Assembly (NCBI GenBank): GCA_030704615.1
Contig: CM060732.1
Coordinates: forward strand, 81,406,001 to 81,470,000
Source: Takakia lepidozioides
Taxonomy: Eukaryota; Plantae; Bryophyta
Direction: 5' to 3'
DNA length: 64,000 bases
The position numbers and the translations under genes were made by a program. The notes beneath the pieces were generated by a model that was given only the letters and a program-made list of their open reading frames with translations, was not told where the DNA came from and searched no databases. Below, in pieces: positions 60,097 to 64,000 of this stretch (positions are counted from its first letter, which is position 1; each line of letters opens with the position of its first letter).

Positions 60097-62698
60097 AAAT
60101 CGCTACAAGAATATGCGATCATTCAACATTCACAAACTTAAGATCGTTACAATACCACCTTGGCCTCGCCGACCACCATCGACCAAGTAGATCCCCGAAT
60201 TCCACATCTTCACTTGATTGATAGTCTCCCAGTCGGTATATCCGCTCCAAAGCCAAATGAGCTCATTACTGCAAGTTGATTCTGGAGCAGATGCCCTTAG
60301 GATATCACACGTCACAAGGCATGACGAGGTTGCAGGGTCAGGTCAACGAAGCTTAAACGGTGGTGAAAGAAGTGTACTTGACTCAACCTTTCAGTGGTCA
60401 TGAGCAAGCCTAGCTAGCTGTGACACAAGGAGGAGGAAAATATAGTAGTTGGAATCACAAGTTTCAGACGGAGTGCCTCTTTTGGAGTTCAGGGGGATGT
60501 GGTACAAGGAGGTTCATATGTTTCCCAGCATTTATGCAATCAGCTCAAAGCAATGTGCAGTGTCCTTTTGGCTTCTAGATAAACAAATGCTCTTACTGCT
60601 GTATTGTGGTAAATGGAGCAGCTGGCAGAACATGTAGAACCCTACGCCTCGCGTGATAGCTGATGTGTACCAATACTCTTACTCTTGCGTAGCTCTTAGA
60701 TCATGGAGACGAAGAAGGGGCACATGGTCCACAACAATGCTCAACCGAAAAGGAGCCCATCCAACCTTTTGGGAAGTTGCCTGAAAAGCATTATTATCCT
60801 TTCCGCATGTCTTTCAGTCTCCTTCTGCACTACAGATTTCCTGCTGTTTCATTCTCAATTATCAGTAGTTCTGTAGGACTCTATCGCTCGGGGACAATTT
60901 CCAATTACGATAATGTTTGACACATCCACGGGTGCAGCATTTTACTTTGTTTTTCATTCGCTGATACGCCAAAGTGTGTAACAAGGGTATGCAGGATTCA
61001 CGCTTGAGCAGAGCCACCTCGCAAGAATAATGTTCGGATCCACATGTGCAAAGGAATTTTATGTTGTGGCGGAATGCTGAAGCAAGACTGTCCTATCATT
61101 TTATGTCTACTGATGTGCTCCATAAGAAGACTCCTTAGTGAAGAAAGTCAATTTGTAATACCCATTTTGATAGAAGGGCCCTCTTTTGTTGCTTTGAGCT
61201 ACTTCAACTCTGCTACGTTGCAAACAAGTAACCTGTAAGAGTTAGTGGGGGAATTGTCATCACACACTCTGTTCCCAATGTCATTTTGAAGTGATCTCTG
61301 CTCACACCTGTTTATTCTTTCAAATGTGATGATTCAGTCTGTTGCTGTTGATGTTTGTGGATTCTCTGCTCAATTTAGTGAAGTAGGTGGTATCACCAAG
61401 GTTTTGACTACAGTTTTTCAAATGGAGTGTTGTCTGTGTGCCTGTTGGTTGGAAAGTGCAAAAATTTGAGGGTAATTTAAGGTAGTCACATCACATCAGA
61501 GAGATTATGAAACATGTCTCCACAGAGGTTATTGAGGAGCCAATGAGTCAGTACCATACCACCCTCTCACTAACATGTAGGTCTTTCTCATCCCATGAGA
61601 AAGTTTAGCAGAGTATGGCCTTAGTCAGCTGCTTCTGGTGGAATCATTAGTGGATGGTCAGCGATGGAATCATCTTTGCATACGAGAAGATCAAGCTGGT
61701 TACCCACTATCCCTCTGGGAAGGTTCTGCACTCTAAACAGCTGTTGGTGGAATGCAGAAGTAATCACAAGAGGTTATTATTTGCTTAAATTTGTATGGGT
61801 GCTTTACTGACTCCGATTTTCTCCATGGCACCGCCTTGTCAGTGTAACATCAGGGTTGAAACTGGCAGTGAAATCTACTGTCACATAGATGCAGTGATGG
61901 TAGGGGACTTCAAAGTTTCATGTTTCAATTGTTGTTTGACCTCTTGCATAAGTGGTGGAAGGGTGGAGTCCTTACTAAGACCCACAGGGAAAATTTGTCA
62001 CAAGGGAAACATCCCTTCCCAGTATGCAGGAACTACACCAAGGCCCTATTGTCAGATTGTTACTTCATATTGGCAGAAGACAGTACCAATTACTTCCTTC
62101 AAAAGGCCAAGAACCAAGAGGGAGTTGAACCCACTGGCATGCCCAGCCACAAGTGGCTTGCATGTGGTCCAAAGTTGGGAAAAAACTGCAAGTGCTTAGC
62201 TGGGCAAAACACTTTCCCCCCTTTTTGTTGTGACCACCATTCAGAATGCACAATACATGTATACACTGCAATGCAATGCAAATGCTCCCCATGAAGGACT
62301 GACATGCTTGCAAATGCAGGACTGACTGACAGACATGGAGTGACTGACCAACTTGCAAAGTCCTGCTGAAGCCAAGCCTGCGGCTGCCTCGACGTTGGGG
62401 ATTAATTTAAACGTGCAAAGCATGTCCAGCAACTAAAACCCTCATTTACAAAAACCTTTGCAATCTTGTAATCAGACAATTTTCCGGTTCACACATTTCT
62501 GTCAAAAAGATTTCAAATTCCTCTTTGAAACATATTTTGCTTCTCCACTTCTACAGTGGACCTGCTGAATCTCAAGTTTCCCAGTCCTCACAGGATTTAT
62601 GCAACTGTCTTCATCCAAAATTGACACAGCTACGACTGCACTTTGGAGAGGTGTTACACGCATCCTCTCCCTCTCTCTCTCTCTCTCTCACAGTCAAT

Positions 62699-63217
62699 TT
62701 AAAATTGCAACTTCTTCTTATGGTGCCTCTCTTTCTTAAGGCGTCCTTGGCTCTTCCCTCTCTTCTTAATGCCTCCCCTTGCCTTCAACAGTCTCCCTGT
62801 CACTGCACTTGAGACAGCCGTGCTCTCATCAATAGACATGGCGGTGACTCCAGTTCGTCCTCGAGTCTGTTCCTCCATCCCTGCACTCACGTGTTACCCC
62901 AACAGTTCAGACAAAGCTGAAAAAACACACTCATGAGACGTTGAGAGATAATTGCACCAACGCCTACCTATCCAGACACAAAACGTGCAACGAGATTGAG
63001 TCATCGTAGAGAGAGAGGTAGAGAAAGAGGAGAGGGAAAACATACCTATTTCTTCAGGGTTGGAGCGACTCGTTTGAAGCTCGACCTTGGGGGCAGCCGC
63101 GGCCGCTTCCTGAGCAGCATACTTGGCAATGTCCTTGTGATCGTAGTGAGGCACCACCAGCTCCCTCTTGAGCGTCCTCAATCTCTTCTTCCTCTTGGAC
63201 CTTATCGACTTGCCCAT
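62699..63217 (-). CDS. LLP-homolog (LLPH/Laps-like) small basic nucleolar protein, 2 exons, 117 aa
   Basis: Exons 63217-63046 and 62880-62699 (phase 1). N-terminus MGKSIRSKRKKRLRTLKRE and a Lys-rich C-terminus. Confidence 0.82.
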
Positions 63218-64000
63218 CTCGCACTCTCTCCCTCACAACCTGAAGCTTTCCTCTCTGCTATTTGAGGGACCTTACACAGCAGAACTAGGGTTACGAGACA
63301 ACCCAGCCTTACGGGGGTTTCCCCGAAACAAGGTAAAAATGTGGTTAAAATCAGGGGTACTAGCTCATTCTGCCCTAAGTTTTGTAGACTGTAGTTATTG
63401 TGCAGAATAGGCGGGGGAAAGGTAACTGCCGATTTGGCAGCATGCAGAATCGGCTGACACCGTATATACACATATTTCATCGTATTCAGACTTACAGTTG
63501 AGTGATATTCTTCAATAATGTTTAGAATGAGAGAAGAATTATGTACTTTCTGAAAGGCTCCTAATTACACGACAAAATAGTAGGATTTGAACTTCGAACC
63601 AAGGAATGGTATATACCGGTATACAATAAGTGAAACCCTTTTTACCCTAGTTTTGCAAAAAAGGGTTTGGAAAATTAGGGGTTCAGATGTAAATTCTTTT
63701 AATTGGCCCACCCCTGGACATTTGAAACGGTTTTCATTACCGTTGTCTTCAGCCGGTCTTCTCTATTTTTTGGTAACAACATCAATATATGATTTATGAC
63801 GATTTGTTTGTTTTGTTTTGTTTTGTTTTGTCACGTTGAGATGTCCCGAACCGCAAGGCCCCAACACTGGTGCTTGGTACCGTTGGAAAGCCCTCGACGA
63901 GGAGGGGTGCCCGGGCTTGGTCTCAGGATGTTTGGACATGTGGTGTGGGAGATGTGGAATTCCAAGTGCATTTGGTCGCTGGAAAATCACAAAAAATAGC

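Noticed and set aside
60130-62432. Scattered short ORFs between the direct repeat and the LLPH-like gene
   Set aside because: No recognisable motifs or coherent exon chain.
1-64000. CRISPR array, tRNA/rRNA genes, a RAG2-like kelch partner, or TIRs around the RAG1-like gene
   Set aside because: None was seen. The sequence is spliceosomal-intron plant DNA, and a partner gene or TIR outside the window cannot be excluded.

Overview
Eukaryotic, intron-containing land-plant genomic DNA, probably from a non-seed plant (an inference; the species cannot be determined). There are no prokaryotic features or CRISPR arrays. From left to right: (1) a spliced minus-strand gene (~875-8488, 8 exons, about 1730 codons) whose core matches the RAG1/Transib transposase motif series, with a LysM-like domain inserted after the zinc-binding CxxC, the second catalytic Asp apparently replaced by His, and a probable ~1000-aa disordered tail carrying repeated YP motifs - the main candidate for an undescribed system; (2) a 13-exon DNAJC11/OWL1-type J-protein gene with a probable GC-AG intron; (3) a 7-exon plant kinase-like gene; (4) a minus-strand snoRNA cluster invisible to the ORF track (U14, U36a-, U38- and snoR29-like, plus orphan candidates); (5) a tandem pair of intact laccase genes, with a 13-kb insertion upstream of the second copy that contains a 633-bp inverted repeat around a PBS and gag fragment, unknown ORFs and a frameshifted FCP1/NIF phosphatase-like gene; (6) a conserved 2-exon plant gene, a STIG1-family gene between ~950-bp direct repeats, and an LLPH-like gene. 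All exon models were built by hand from GT/GC-AG sites and phase consistency. Family calls rest on remembered motifs, not database searches.
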